Below, piece after piece: positions 27,965-38,471 of a DNA stretch of 64,000 bases. The notes beneath the pieces are model-generated. The model was not told where the DNA came from and searched no databases. It saw only the letters and a program-made list of their open reading frames with translations. The translations under genes and the position numbers were made by a program. The stretch comes from Nitrosopumilus sp. (GTDB taxonomy: Archaea; Thermoproteota; Nitrososphaeria; Nitrososphaerales; Nitrosopumilaceae). Position 1 is the first letter of the stretch. Each line of letters starts with the position of its first letter. The stretch covers positions 1,376,001-1,440,000 of the forward strand of contig OZ252243.1 of the NCBI GenBank assembly GCA_965249555.1, given 5' to 3'.

Positions 27965-30826
27965 CTATTCAATTAGTATTGCAGGCTTGAATGGCCTTGC
28001 ATGTCTAGCTTTGCCTTTTGGATCATAGATATTTTCATCGTCTTCAGCAAAAACAGAGATCTCAACACCAAAGTCTTGCTTTGCAATTGAGATCAACTCT
28101 TCAAAAATAAACTGTTTTTCATCAAATTCCTTAACTTCTAGTTTTGTCTTTCTAATTTCAGTTGGTTCAGATAAAATATCTTTGATAGTCTTTTGAACAA
28201 AGTCAGGATTTTTCTTAATGTTAGCTGTTTCAGGATTTGCAATTAGTTCTTTCATTATTACTCCCATGTTGGTCTGCTCTGCCATCACTTTTTCTAAAAT
28301 AGAGTGATAAGCTTTTGACTTGAATGAATCAGCTGTATAGATAGTAATCTTCTTTGGAGTGATCTTTGTAACTTTGAGAATATTTACAATATCATTAATA
28401 ATTGACTTTAACAAGTTTTCAGCTTGGATAGCTTTAGCATCTATTACACCAGTATTTACTACAGGCCATCTCGACTTTGATACCATCTCTGAATTTCCAA
28501 GCTTCTCCCACATCTCTTCAGATATGTGTGGTGCAAATGGTGATAGCATTGCTACTCTGATACTGTGAATTTGATGGAGTATTCCATCATAATTATTACG
28601 TCCTTTAGCTTTGGCTCGTTTGAGATACCATGACAAGTCGCCTTCAAATGCAAATAATATTTCATGTAGTGCCTCTCGTAATCTCATCTTCTCAACTGAT
28701 CCTGTAACATTTGCAATCAGATTCTGTAATCTACTTGCAATCCATTTGTCTTCAGCCTCAGTATTACTAATTGAGCCTGATTTTAGACTAGAGCATTCCT
28801 CAAGAATTGATTCAAGCTTATTCTTGATTCCGCCAACTGATTCTAAATTAAAGTCAGCGTCCTGTAACAGCTCAGCTGATATGATAATTGCCAATCTAAT
28901 TGGATCTGCTCCATAATCTTGTATTGCTTGTCGCAATGGAATGATATTTCCCATTGATTTGGACATCTTTTTACCATCCATCAATACAGAACCATTAACA
29001 ACAATTTGTTGTGGCCAATTATCTTCTGGAAATATAGCAACATGATTAAAAACAAAAAATGTCAAGTGATTTGGAACTAAATCTCTACCCGAATGTCTTG
29101 AATCAACTGGATAAAAGTATGCAAACTCTTTTCTAATCTTTTCTACTGTGCTAGCTTCAATACCTGATACTTTATCAGCTGAACCCTCACCTAAAAATAT
29201 ATAGTCAAAGAATTCCTTTGATAGATTCTCAGCTTGAATAGTTCCATCGTTGACAAATCGAGCTATTGTATAGTATGACATGTAAATTACAGAATCAGAT
29301 AAACTCTCTACAATCCAATCCTTATCCCAGGGTAGTTTTGTACCCAAACCATGTTGTCTTGCACAAGCTCTCTCTCTTAACCATCCAATTACATAATGAA
29401 ATTCACTTACAATTTCATTTGGTAAAATATTCATTGAATCAAAGCACTGTGTAACTTTTGCCTTCCAATCTTTATCCCCATAATTGAGAAACCATTGGTT
29501 TGACAAAATTTTAACAACACATTCAGTTCCACAACGACACTTTACAGGAGTATTTGTCAACTCTAATAAAATATCTGAATACTTGTTCTTCTCTAACCAA
29601 TCTTTGATTGTATCTTTAACTTCGGATACTTTCTTACCTGCAAACTGCTCACAGTTTTCTTTGAGAACTCCACCATAGAATTCTTTACCATAAATCTCAG
29701 TTGTAACTTCTTCAAGTTTGGGGTCATCCTGATTCTTTATGTCAAATTTCTCACAGGCCTCTTTTGCTGAAAATTCTCCATATTCTTCTGTAGATATGAT
29801 TGAGATAGGTTTGATTAGTTGATATTCTGAGCCTAGAGGCTGGTCTTTCTTGAAATCAACTAGAGCCTGATAGTCAAATGGAGCATGAGCTGGTACTGAC
29901 ATTACAAGACCAGTTCCCGTAGATGATTCAACAAAGCTAGCTTGAATCATTGGAATTGATTTATTGAGATGTGGGATGATGACATTTTGTCCAACTAACT
30001 CAGAGCCAGCAATTTCACCATCATATGTAATCTTTTTATCCAAAAATTCTAACTTGTGTGCACACTCACTAGATACAATCCATTTTTCATCATCTACGGT
30101 AATTTTTTTATACATTACTCCCGGATTGACCCAAAGATTTGTCACACCAAAGATAGTTTCTGGACGTAGTGTTGCAGTTGGTATGATAAAATCTCCAAAC
30201 TTGAACTTAATCAAAATATATTCAGTGAAGTCTGGTTCAACATCACCCATTGTATCGTGTTGTGATACAGGATTTTGATCACGTGGACACCATCCAACAG
30301 GATGATTCCCTTGTATGATCAAGTTTTTCTCTTTCAAAATATTAATCTGCCATTCAATAAATTTCTGATAAGCTGGAACTATAGTAGTAAACTCCCGTCT
30401 CCAATCAATGGAATAACCCATCTCTATCATTCCAGCTTTGATCTCTTCATGAAAATAGTCTGCAATCTTTATTGGTTCAACAAAAGTTTTGATAGCATCT
30501 TCTGGAACATGATAGATGTTACGTAGTCCATTCAGTATCTCCTTGTCTTCAGACTCTACTCTTCGGGCCATGCCAAGTATTGGTGTTCCAGTATAATGGA
30601 AACCCATTGGGAACAAGACATTGTATCCTTTCATTCGATAAAATCTTGCATGAATGTCAGCTATGGTGTAAGTTCTTCCATGTCCGATGTGTTGAGGTGA
30701 GTTTGGATACGGATATGCTACTGTGATGAATTTTTTTGGTTTCTCATTTGGATTTGTCTCAAAGTCATGGTTTGCATTCCACTTATCCCTCCACTTTGAT
30801 TCAATCTCATTCCAGTTTACGTTCAT
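27965..30826 (-). CDS. leuS: leucine--tRNA ligase
   Basis: YPYPN..HIGH, ATLRPET, KMSKSMGN; archaeal type. Confidence 0.98.
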   Translation of the reverse strand: MNVNWNEIESKWRDKWNANHDFETNPNEKPKKFITVAYPYPNSPQHIGHGRTYTIADIHARFYRMKGYNVLFPMGFHYTGTPILGMARRVESEDKEILNGLRNIYHVPEDAIKTFVEPIKIADYFHEEIKAGMIEMGYSIDWRREFTTIVPAYQKFIEWQINILKEKNLIIQGNHPVGWCPRDQNPVSQHDTMGDVEPDFTEYILIKFKFGDFIIPTATLRPETIFGVTNLWVNPGVMYKKITVDDEKWIVSSECAHKLEFLDKKITYDGEIAGSELVGQNVIIPHLNKSIPMIQASFVESSTGTGLVMSVPAHAPFDYQALVDFKKDQPLGSEYQLIKPISIISTEEYGEFSAKEACEKFDIKNQDDPKLEEVTTEIYGKEFYGGVLKENCEQFAGKKVSEVKDTIKDWLEKNKYSDILLELTNTPVKCRCGTECVVKILSNQWFLNYGDKDWKAKVTQCFDSMNILPNEIVSEFHYVIGWLRERACARQHGLGTKLPWDKDWIVESLSDSVIYMSYYTIARFVNDGTIQAENLSKEFFDYIFLGEGSADKVSGIEASTVEKIRKEFAYFYPVDSRHSGRDLVPNHLTFFVFNHVAIFPEDNWPQQIVVNGSVLMDGKKMSKSMGNIIPLRQAIQDYGADPIRLAIIISAELLQDADFNLESVGGIKNKLESILEECSSLKSGSISNTEAEDKWIASRLQNLIANVTGSVEKMRLREALHEILFAFEGDLSWYLKRAKAKGRNNYDGILHQIHSIRVAMLSPFAPHISEEMWEKLGNSEMVSKSRWPVVNTGVIDAKAIQAENLLKSIINDIVNILKVTKITPKKITIYTADSFKSKAYHSILEKVMAEQTNMGVIMKELIANPETANIKKNPDFVQKTIKDILSEPTEIRKTKLEVKEFDEKQFIFEELISIAKQDFGVEISVFAEDDENIYDPKGKARHARPFKPAILIE

Positions 30827-30830
30827 TATA

Positions 30831-33521
30831 TCATCCTAAAATCATTGATTTTGCTTTGGCTATTGCCTCGCCTTTTTTAGATGTGTCTTTTCCTCCTCCT
30901 TGAGCGAATTTGGCATCTCCACCACTTGCTCCGCCAAGGATTTCAGCCACAGATTTGGCAATTTCTCCAGCATTTTTGCTATTTATTATCTCATCTCCGC
31001 AATATGCCATTATTCGAATAGTTGGGCCTGATTCAAAGATTCCAACATAAATTGAATTTGGATTATTCTTGACTAGCTTTTTACCAAAGTTTGTGTGGAA
31101 GAATTCATCATATTGTGGACTAGCTGTAAAACATATCTTCCTAGAATTCTGTATAGTCATTTCAATTTCATCAATTGTTGTTGTATCACTCAGAGATGCA
31201 ACTTGTTCTAATAGTATGGGAATTTTTTCTCTAGCCTTTTCTTTTCCTTCTCCTCTTTGTTTATATATAATCTCTTTTTGAGCTGATTCTTCAGCTTGCT
31301 TTGATTGTTTAACTTTTTGCTGTTCAACATATTGTTGTGCAGTTGATCCTGAAACAAATTCAATCCTTACTACTCCATCTTGAATTCGTTTTGTTCTAGT
31401 AATCTTGATTAGTTCTATCTCTTTTGTCTTTTTGACATGAGTTCCACCACATGCTTCAACATCAAAGTCTTCGATGGATACAATTCTAACTGATTTGACA
31501 GGAACTACTCCGCCCTGGTAAATCTTAAATCCATATTTCTGCTCTGCAGTTCCTCTATCAAAATAATCAATGGTTACTGACATATCTTTTGTAACTATGT
31601 CATTTGCAGCTCTCTCAATATCTTGTACTTGTTGTTCTGTAAGGGATGAATGATGTGTGATATCTAGTCTAGCATGATCATCATCTTTGAATGCAGAATG
31701 CTGCCAAACCCATGAACCTAACACTCCTCTAGCTGATGAATTTAGAATGTGTGTACTGGTATGGTTTTTTGTAATGTTTGATCTACGAGTTTCATCAACT
31801 ATGCATGATACTGTTTCTCCTTCTTTTGGAATCTCTCCATCTATCTTGTGCAAAATCACATCGCCGTGTTTATTCACATCAACTACTTTTGAGCCTGAAA
31901 TAGTTCCATAATCTGGTTCTTGCCCTCCTCCTCTTGCATAAAATGATGTTCTATCAAGTACTATCAAATTATCAATTACTCTGAGAACTTTGGCATCAAA
32001 TGACATAGGATCATCTTTGTAAAATAACATCTCAGTTTCAGGAAGGTCTTCAATTGCTAGTTGCTCTGCAGTTTTTTTCTTATCTGATTGGTGCAGATCA
32101 GAGAGTTTTTCATAAAATGTCGAAGGAATCTCTGAAATTGCATCTATCTCTTTGAGATATTCAGGTGTGATTCCATCTGATTCGTATAATGTAATTAATT
32201 CATCAACTGATGGAGTTCCTTTTTGACGAATCTTGTCTGCCTTTTTCTTCATATGGACTTTGGATTCTACATATCTCTGAGATTCTATTTTTAGGATGAT
32301 CTTGATATCTTGTCTTTTTGCATCCAGTTCCGGGTATGTATCTTTGAGATATTCAATATGCATATCCACTAATTTATCAATGTCTATCTTGAGATTCATT
32401 CTGTCAACTGTTCCATTAATTCTTCGTATCATCATTCGAAGATTATATCCTCCACCAACATTACTTGGTAGAGCACCGTCAGCTATTGCAAAGATCAAAG
32501 TACGAAGATGATCTGCAATGAGATATATTCCTTCAAGTGGGGTGATGATTCTACTCACTTGTTCATCAGTTAGTCCTGAATTCTTTATAGCATGTTTTCT
32601 TACATCAATTAAATCATCATGTATCTCTAGATTCTTTGCAATTGCTGTAAAGTATTTTCTTAACATTTCAGAATCTGAATCAATTCCTATTTTCTCAAAC
32701 AAGTGGTTTGTAATTGGACCAAAACAGCAATCATATGCAGTAGGAGTACCCATAGTAATCCATGCAAATCTTTCCAGACCTGCACCCATGTCTATAATTT
32801 TCTGGTCCAGTGTAGTATGCTTGCCTAGTTCTCCCTGAAATTCAGTAAATACTGCATTTCCAAGCTCCAATCCCCTTACAAAATATTCTAATGATGATCC
32901 AAATGAACCACCTCCGTCCCATACGTCTTCAACAAAAACAACTTCTTCTTTTTTAATTCCAAATTGTTCAGTTAGTAATCTAAAGTCTAAATCAACACAT
33001 TGGTCTTTCCAATAACCATCTGCATTTGGAATACTATGTTGTCCTATCATACAAAAGCTTGAAAAGTGTCTTCCAGTTACTCCAACATTTTCCAAATCTT
33101 TGAAACGCAAACAAGTTTGTGGGACCACTAATGGATTTGCAGGAAATTCAAAAACTACTTTTGAACCCATCACTCTTTGAAAATCGACAATTGATGCAAT
33201 TGTAAAGTACAAGTCATCACGCCATCTACACACAACTGGATATCTACTAACTGAAGTGTGACCATTTTTTACAAAAAATTCTTCAACTTGTTTCCATGCT
33301 TGCGTATAATCAAATCTTTTAGTTGTTGGTGGTTCTCCAATGAATGAATACGCATCATCTGCATCATCAGGACAGACATTTCTCTCAGAATCTAAAGTCC
33401 AAAAGAATCTACCACATTTTGAGCAAGCCTTTCTGACAAAACCTTGTTCGTCAAATAATTTGACTTTATAGTATCTATCAGGATCTGATGAAAATTCCTT
33501 TAGAATCTCTTTTTTATCCAA
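30831..33521 (-). CDS. alaS: alanine--tRNA ligase
   Basis: FTIASIVDFQ, DMGAGLER, ADHLR, HTSTH, ACGGTH editing motif, GGG DHHA1 tail. Confidence 0.98.
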   Translation of the reverse strand: MDKKEILKEFSSDPDRYYKVKLFDEQGFVRKACSKCGRFFWTLDSERNVCPDDADDAYSFIGEPPTTKRFDYTQAWKQVEEFFVKNGHTSVSRYPVVCRWRDDLYFTIASIVDFQRVMGSKVVFEFPANPLVVPQTCLRFKDLENVGVTGRHFSSFCMIGQHSIPNADGYWKDQCVDLDFRLLTEQFGIKKEEVVFVEDVWDGGGSFGSSLEYFVRGLELGNAVFTEFQGELGKHTTLDQKIIDMGAGLERFAWITMGTPTAYDCCFGPITNHLFEKIGIDSDSEMLRKYFTAIAKNLEIHDDLIDVRKHAIKNSGLTDEQVSRIITPLEGIYLIADHLRTLIFAIADGALPSNVGGGYNLRMMIRRINGTVDRMNLKIDIDKLVDMHIEYLKDTYPELDAKRQDIKIILKIESQRYVESKVHMKKKADKIRQKGTPSVDELITLYESDGITPEYLKEIDAISEIPSTFYEKLSDLHQSDKKKTAEQLAIEDLPETEMLFYKDDPMSFDAKVLRVIDNLIVLDRTSFYARGGGQEPDYGTISGSKVVDVNKHGDVILHKIDGEIPKEGETVSCIVDETRRSNITKNHTSTHILNSSARGVLGSWVWQHSAFKDDDHARLDITHHSSLTEQQVQDIERAANDIVTKDMSVTIDYFDRGTAEQKYGFKIYQGGVVPVKSVRIVSIEDFDVEACGGTHVKKTKEIELIKITRTKRIQDGVVRIEFVSGSTAQQYVEQQKVKQSKQAEESAQKEIIYKQRGEGKEKAREKIPILLEQVASLSDTTTIDEIEMTIQNSRKICFTASPQYDEFFHTNFGKKLVKNNPNSIYVGIFESGPTIRIMAYCGDEIINSKNAGEIAKSVAEILGGASGGDAKFAQGGGKDTSKKGEAIAKAKSMILG

Positions 33522-33599
33522 CGATGAGCATGCTCCAGTCCATTATTAAGAATTGTCGATTAATAATAAATTAAATACACTACATGATTCAGTTTATCC

Positions 33600-34109
33600 A
33601 TGTTTGGAAAAAAACTTACTCTAAAAGAAGGGGCTCATGTTTTTGCTACTAAAAAAAATGGTGATTTTTTTGACTTTATCTTTGGAGTAATAACAGGTAT
33701 TGATGGTAAAAAAGTGGGAGTCAATGGTGTAATAGTCAATCCTGTTGGCCTCAAAAATAAGGTAGAACAAGGAAAAACAGGAGAACGTTCACAAGAAATA
33801 CTTGAACATCCAACACCTGATAATGTTGTTCTAGCTTTAGTCTATAGAATTGAATATGAAAATTATGCTGATATAGTTAATCTTGATGAAGACAAATGCG
33901 ATATTATTCCTCCACAAGTGTATCAAATGTTAGATGGTTGGATTCGAGAATCTCTATCCGAATTTCTAAATAAAGTATTATCATTACCTCTTGGTTCAGA
34001 AAGAGATGAAGCAAAACGGGTTTTGAAACAGAGAATGGAGAGTTTAGTTGATAAAAACCTAAGAAGAACACTTTATTCTGTTTGTCGAAGTCTTAGAATC
34101 TTGAACTAA
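33600..34109 (+). CDS. hypothetical protein
   Basis: Intact 169-aa ORF with host-like codon use; no family recognised. Confidence 0.75.
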   Translation: MFGKKLTLKEGAHVFATKKNGDFFDFIFGVITGIDGKKVGVNGVIVNPVGLKNKVEQGKTGERSQEILEHPTPDNVVLALVYRIEYENYADIVNLDEDKCDIIPPQVYQMLDGWIRESLSEFLNKVLSLPLGSERDEAKRVLKQRMESLVDKNLRRTLYSVCRSLRILN

Positions 34110-34174
34110 ATTTTAAAATTTTAGGCATGATTTCTCCATAGTTTTATATTATGCTCTAGGAAAATCTCGATACA

Positions 34175-34489
34175 ATGGAATATGTTTACGCTGCTTTACT
34201 TCTTCACAAGCTAGAAAAAGAAGTCAATGAGACAAACATCAGCTCAGTTGTCAAAGCCTCTGGTGCTGAAGTTAATGAAGCTCAAGTTAAAGCACTAGTT
34301 GCAGCCTTGGTCGATGTAAATATCGACGAGGCAGTTAAAGCCGCACCTGTAGCAGCAGCCACACCAGCAACAGCCACACCAGCAGCAGATGCAGCAGCCG
34401 GTGGTGAAGCAAAGAAAGAGGAAAAACCTAAAGAAGACGGTAAAACCGAAGAAGCAGCCATGGAAGGATTATCTTCTCTATTTGGCTAG
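34175..34489 (+). CDS. rpl12: 50S ribosomal protein L12 (P1)
   Basis: [11 protein letters not shown] ... GLSSLFG; Ala-rich hinge with a 15-bp duplication at 34356-34384. Confidence 0.98.
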   Translation: MEYVYAALLLHKLEKEVNETNISSVVKASGAEVNEAQVKALVAALVDVNIDEAVKAAPVAAATPATATPAADAAAGGEAKKEEKPKEDGKTEEAAMEGLSSLFG

Positions 34490-34562
34490 ATAATTTTCTC
34501 AATTTACTTTTGATCTTTATTTTTATTAATCTTAATTAGCAATAGTGCCATCTTTGTATTGA

Positions 34563-35201
34563 TTGGTAGATTTTTCTTTTCCAGTAGATGGATTCATTAG
34601 TATTTTTGATTATTTGGGTACGGCAGCTTTTGCAGTTACTGGAGCATCAAAAGCAATTGCACACAAGGCTGATATTTTTGGAATCCTTATTTTAGCAACA
34701 GTAGTTGGAGTTGCAGGTGGAATTACTCGAGATGTCATATTTGGTCGGTTTCCCACAGCTTTTTCTGATCCTGTCTATGTTGGTATAACTGTAATTACTG
34801 GAATTGCAACGTTTTTCCTCTATTCATATTTTAAAAAACGAATGAATATCTGGTTAATTTTTGATGCAGTAGGATTAGGAGTTTTTTCAATTATTGGGGC
34901 ATCCATTGCATATCAAATAGTTGGATTGGACTTTCTTCCAATTATGTCTGGAGGAGTAATTACAGCAATAGGTGGAGGAATTCTCAGAGATGTTTTTGTC
35001 AGAGAGATTCCAATAGCTTTTGTTAAAGAGGTCTATGCAATTGCAAGTATAATTGGTATTGTAATATTTTACATTATTCTTTTCTATGGAATAAATATGC
35101 AAATTGCATCAATAGTTGGAATTGTTGCAGCAACTGGAATCAGATTACTTGCAATGAAGTATAATTGGAATCTTCCTAGAGTAAAAGGTAGTATTGATTA
35201 G
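34563..35201 (+). CDS. trimeric intracellular cation channel (TRIC/UPF0126) family protein
   Basis: Repeated GGITRDV / GGGILRDV motifs, D.LGT..FA..GA, about 7 TM helices. Confidence 0.9.
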   Translation: MVDFSFPVDGFISIFDYLGTAAFAVTGASKAIAHKADIFGILILATVVGVAGGITRDVIFGRFPTAFSDPVYVGITVITGIATFFLYSYFKKRMNIWLIFDAVGLGVFSIIGASIAYQIVGLDFLPIMSGGVITAIGGGILRDVFVREIPIAFVKEVYAIASIIGIVIFYIILFYGINMQIASIVGIVAATGIRLLAMKYNWNLPRVKGSID

Positions 35202-36064
35202 GCTGGTTTGTAATCTTTTGCTTGTCCAGCAACTGCTTTTGCTTGAGCATCTGCCTTTTGCAATATTTGCTCCTTTGTTTCATCAGTCATATAACCTGAT
35301 TCAACAGATACGGAGCGTGCAGATTGTGATGCAGTACTGAGTATTTGTGAAATATTTTCTGGGGTAACATATGCTGCTTCAATAGATAGTGATATTGCTT
35401 CTTGGTGTGCTTGTGCAAATTCTCCTCTAATTTTTTCAACATCAATTACCATCTCCTCTTCAGCATACTTGAGTCCGTCTTCTAGTGCTGAATAAAGTGA
35501 AATTCCAGCCTCTACTGGCTTGATATCTAATTTTCCAAGAATTGCTGCTAATTTTTCATTGATTGCTTCGCCTTTCAAAACAGGAGTACTATCCTTTGCA
35601 ATCCAAATTGTTCCTTGATCAATTTTAGTTGGAATACCTGCTTCTTTGAATTCTGTAAGCATTGGTCCTGGTGCAATTCCTGTATTTTTTGCAGGTACTA
35701 CAATGTCTATACTTGCAATATCGCCTCCTCTTGCAATCATCATGATTTTGTTTTTGGCTAGAAGAACATTTAGCTTGAATGGTGACATGTTAGTAAACAT
35801 GAACATGCATTGTCCTGTAAGTTCTCCAATCATGTCTTTGATTCCAGGCACATCTAGTTTCTCAAGTGCTTTTTTTGCAACTTTGTCTTTGATACTTACA
35901 AATTCTACGTCATCTTTGAGAATTTTTCTTAATGGTAATATTTGTGTGGAACGTACTTTGTTCATTTTGATTATAGCTAGAACTTTGTATTTTTTTGGCA
36001 ACTCTTGTAATTGTTGATACATTTGGGTTTTTCTTTTAGGATAAGTTGTTCTATTTTCATGCAT
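35198..36064 (-). CDS. rpl10: 50S ribosomal protein L10 (P0)
   Basis: AR.GDIA..DIVVPAKNTGIAPGP, LGKLDIKP. Confidence 0.97.
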   Translation of the reverse strand: MHENRTTYPKRKTQMYQQLQELPKKYKVLAIIKMNKVRSTQILPLRKILKDDVEFVSIKDKVAKKALEKLDVPGIKDMIGELTGQCMFMFTNMSPFKLNVLLAKNKIMMIARGGDIASIDIVVPAKNTGIAPGPMLTEFKEAGIPTKIDQGTIWIAKDSTPVLKGEAINEKLAAILGKLDIKPVEAGISLYSALEDGLKYAEEEMVIDVEKIRGEFAQAHQEAISLSIEAAYVTPENISQILSTASQSARSVSVESGYMTDETKEQILQKADAQAKAVAGQAKDYKPA

Positions 36065-36719
36065 GTTTCTTCTTAACCTCTTGTACTTGTTTTACTGGTT
36101 TGCCCATTGTAGTCTTTATTATAATTTTCTTGATGTTCTTCTCACCGTTTGGTAATTTCTTTTCAATTGCACTAATTACCGCATGTGCATTAATTGCCAA
36201 GTCTGTATCCTCCATAGATTCATCTCCAATTTTACATGATATGGATAAGGATGCTCTTGTTCTAACCTTGATTGATGATCTAAATCTTTGTAAAAATGAT
36301 TCAATTGGAGCATCAAATGGAACTGGTGTTGGCATTTTTCCTCTAGGGCCTAAGAATTGACCCAAAGTTTTACCCACAAGTGGCATGACTTTAGTATCTG
36401 CTAAAAAGAAATCATATTTGTTAATAAATTTTCGAGATTCTCTTTTGTTAGTTGCAAATTTATCTAATTCATCTGTTCCAATAACTGCATCAGCATTTGC
36501 TTGTTTTGCTTTCTGACTCATATCACCTGTAGCCATAACACAAACAGTTGCTGGAGAACTTGTCTTTGGAAGTTGAACTATTTCATTTAGGGCAAATCCT
36601 TTCTTGACATCAATATCTTTGAAATTAATAATTAATTCTACAGCTTGAGTAAATTTTCTCTGTTTAGTTTCATCTTTGACTTTTTTAATCACTTCAGTAA
36701 GTTGTGTCTCTGTAATCAT
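36057..36719 (-). CDS. rpl1: 50S ribosomal protein L1
   Basis: RKFTQAVELIIN, LGPRGKMP, KTTMGKP; likely start MITET at 36719. Confidence 0.97.
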   Translation of the reverse strand: MITETQLTEVIKKVKDETKQRKFTQAVELIINFKDIDVKKGFALNEIVQLPKTSSPATVCVMATGDMSQKAKQANADAVIGTDELDKFATNKRESRKFINKYDFFLADTKVMPLVGKTLGQFLGPRGKMPTPVPFDAPIESFLQRFRSSIKVRTRASLSISCKIGDESMEDTDLAINAHAVISAIEKKLPNGEKNIKKIIIKTTMGKPVKQVQEVKKKHA

Positions 36720-36964
36720 TACGAACATTTTCGAGAAAGCCTACTTAAAATCGTTGGCTGCATACACCAAGCCCATTTTGTATATAAAATCCCCAAAAAT
36801 TTGACCGATTTTGCTTATGCCATATTTAAATGAACTTAGATCAGGTCTCATGTGATTAGCTAGTGTCCACTTCAAAATAACAATGGATTATCTGATTAAT
36901 GTTTGTCAACTTTTGTAAATACCCTACAATTTTTAAGTAAGATCTTGCTATAATACAATAAGCG

Positions 36965-37018
36965 TTGTGACCTATGGTCACAAAGGGAAGGCAATGCGGA
37001 GTTTCTCCCCTAACCTTT
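36965..37018 (-). ncRNA. putative structured RNA/ssDNA element directly 3' of the DUF3800-like gene
   Basis: GC-rich patch in AT-rich DNA: perfect 8-bp hairpin TTGTGACC-3nt-GGTCACAA, GGAG-AAA-CTCC hairpin, and an enclosing AAAGG..AGG / CCT..CCTTT stem. Confidence 0.5.
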
Positions 37019-37024
37019 CTGTTA

Positions 37025-37777
37025 TTATGGAAATATTTTTAATCCGTATCCTAAATAATTCCCGTTTTTACTGTGAAATCTATTTTTTAACTTGGAAAAA
37101 TATTCATCCCATTTTTGAGTTTGTCTTGTAGGGTTATTATTAGTACGATAATGTTTTCTAATGCAATAAGCAACACAATCTACTACTTGTGACAAATTTC
37201 TCCATTTTGAATCTGTAAACAATGGTTCTTCTATTAGAAAACCTAAATCCGAGTAATGAGTTCCATCACTGAGCATTTCAGATAATTTATTACGTAATTT
37301 TTGATCTTTCACAGAACCCTCAGTGTCTACAATCATAATTCCATATTCGTGAGGGTTATCTACTTGTGCTAAGAATTCATTTTGTTCATCTAGATAAGAA
37401 TTAAGTCTTTCAAATAAGAAACGATGGCCCCAAAGCTCAACATCAATTTTTTTACGTAACTTATCCTTTTTTATCAATGCTGCGATAATTGTGAGACGAG
37501 TTGTGTCATTTGTAATGAATTCAAAAAAATCATCTAGAATTTCAAAAATTTTATCCCACGATAATGTCTTGTAAATTCCAGTATGGCTCATCATCTCCTT
37601 AGCATGAAGTTCAACTTTATCTGGATTCCTGTCTAGAAAATGTTTTCTTTTAATGCGTTCTACTTCTTTTTTTAGATAATGCCATTGACGTTCATTTACG
37701 GTTACTGATGCTAAAACATAGTTTTCTCTGTCCGTATATTCAGGTCGCCCAGATGAGTCAAGATATGATAAATACAC
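37025..37777 (-). CDS. DUF3800-family protein (RNase H-like fold)
   Basis: N-terminal YLDSSG, central ELHA.E, IVD, C-terminal QVVDCVAY (QxxD) motifs. Confidence 0.85.
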   Translation of the reverse strand: MYLSYLDSSGRPEYTDRENYVLASVTVNERQWHYLKKEVERIKRKHFLDRNPDKVELHAKEMMSHTGIYKTLSWDKIFEILDDFFEFITNDTTRLTIIAALIKKDKLRKKIDVELWGHRFLFERLNSYLDEQNEFLAQVDNPHEYGIMIVDTEGSVKDQKLRNKLSEMLSDGTHYSDLGFLIEEPLFTDSKWRNLSQVVDCVAYCIRKHYRTNNNPTRQTQKWDEYFSKLKNRFHSKNGNYLGYGLKIFP

Positions 37778-38015
37778 AGATTTTTCTAATGTGCTTCGAA
37801 GTTAAAAAATTGATCTCTTGTAATTCATTTTCTCTATCTTTATTCTACGCATTCAAGTAGACTTACTGTGGTATCTAAAATCGTTTAGAGGTTACGATTT
37901 TTGATTATTAATTATTTTAAAAAATTACACTTTTTCAATAAAATAGATGTAATTCGAAGGGAAATTTGTCTGAAAACCTACATATATTAAATCACAAGCA
38001 TAATTTTCTAACACA

Positions 38016-38471
38016 TTGCACAGATTTGATGAACTTGATATGAAATTGCTTTATGAATTAACCAAAGATGGATCTATCTCTGTTCCTATTTTGTCTAAAA
38101 AACTTGGGATCAATGCTTCTGTGCTTTATAGTAGAATCAAGAGATTACTAAAGAAAAAATTGATTAAAAAATTTACCGTAGAAATTGATGATTCTCTCTT
38201 AGGTATTGGTGTAAAGGCTACTGTTGGAATCAATCGAGATCCAAAGTTTAAGGATGCAATTCATAAAAAATTCATGGAAACATCCGAAGTTGTGTCTATC
38301 TCAGAAATTACTGGTAGATTTGATATAATGATTCACGTTTATGCAAAGAACCTTGAATCTCTTCATTCTGTGGTAATTGAAAAAATTGGAAAGATAGAGG
38401 GTATTCAAAATACTGAAACCTTTGTGGAATTACAAAAAACCGATAAAGATCCTATTTATCTAATTCAATAA
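38016..38471 (+). CDS. Lrp/AsnC-family transcriptional regulator
   Basis: DELDMKLL, HTH ..SRIKRL, ITGRFDI RAM domain. Confidence 0.95.
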   Translation: MHRFDELDMKLLYELTKDGSISVPILSKKLGINASVLYSRIKRLLKKKLIKKFTVEIDDSLLGIGVKATVGINRDPKFKDAIHKKFMETSEVVSISEITGRFDIMIHVYAKNLESLHSVVIEKIGKIEGIQNTETFVELQKTDKDPIYLIQ

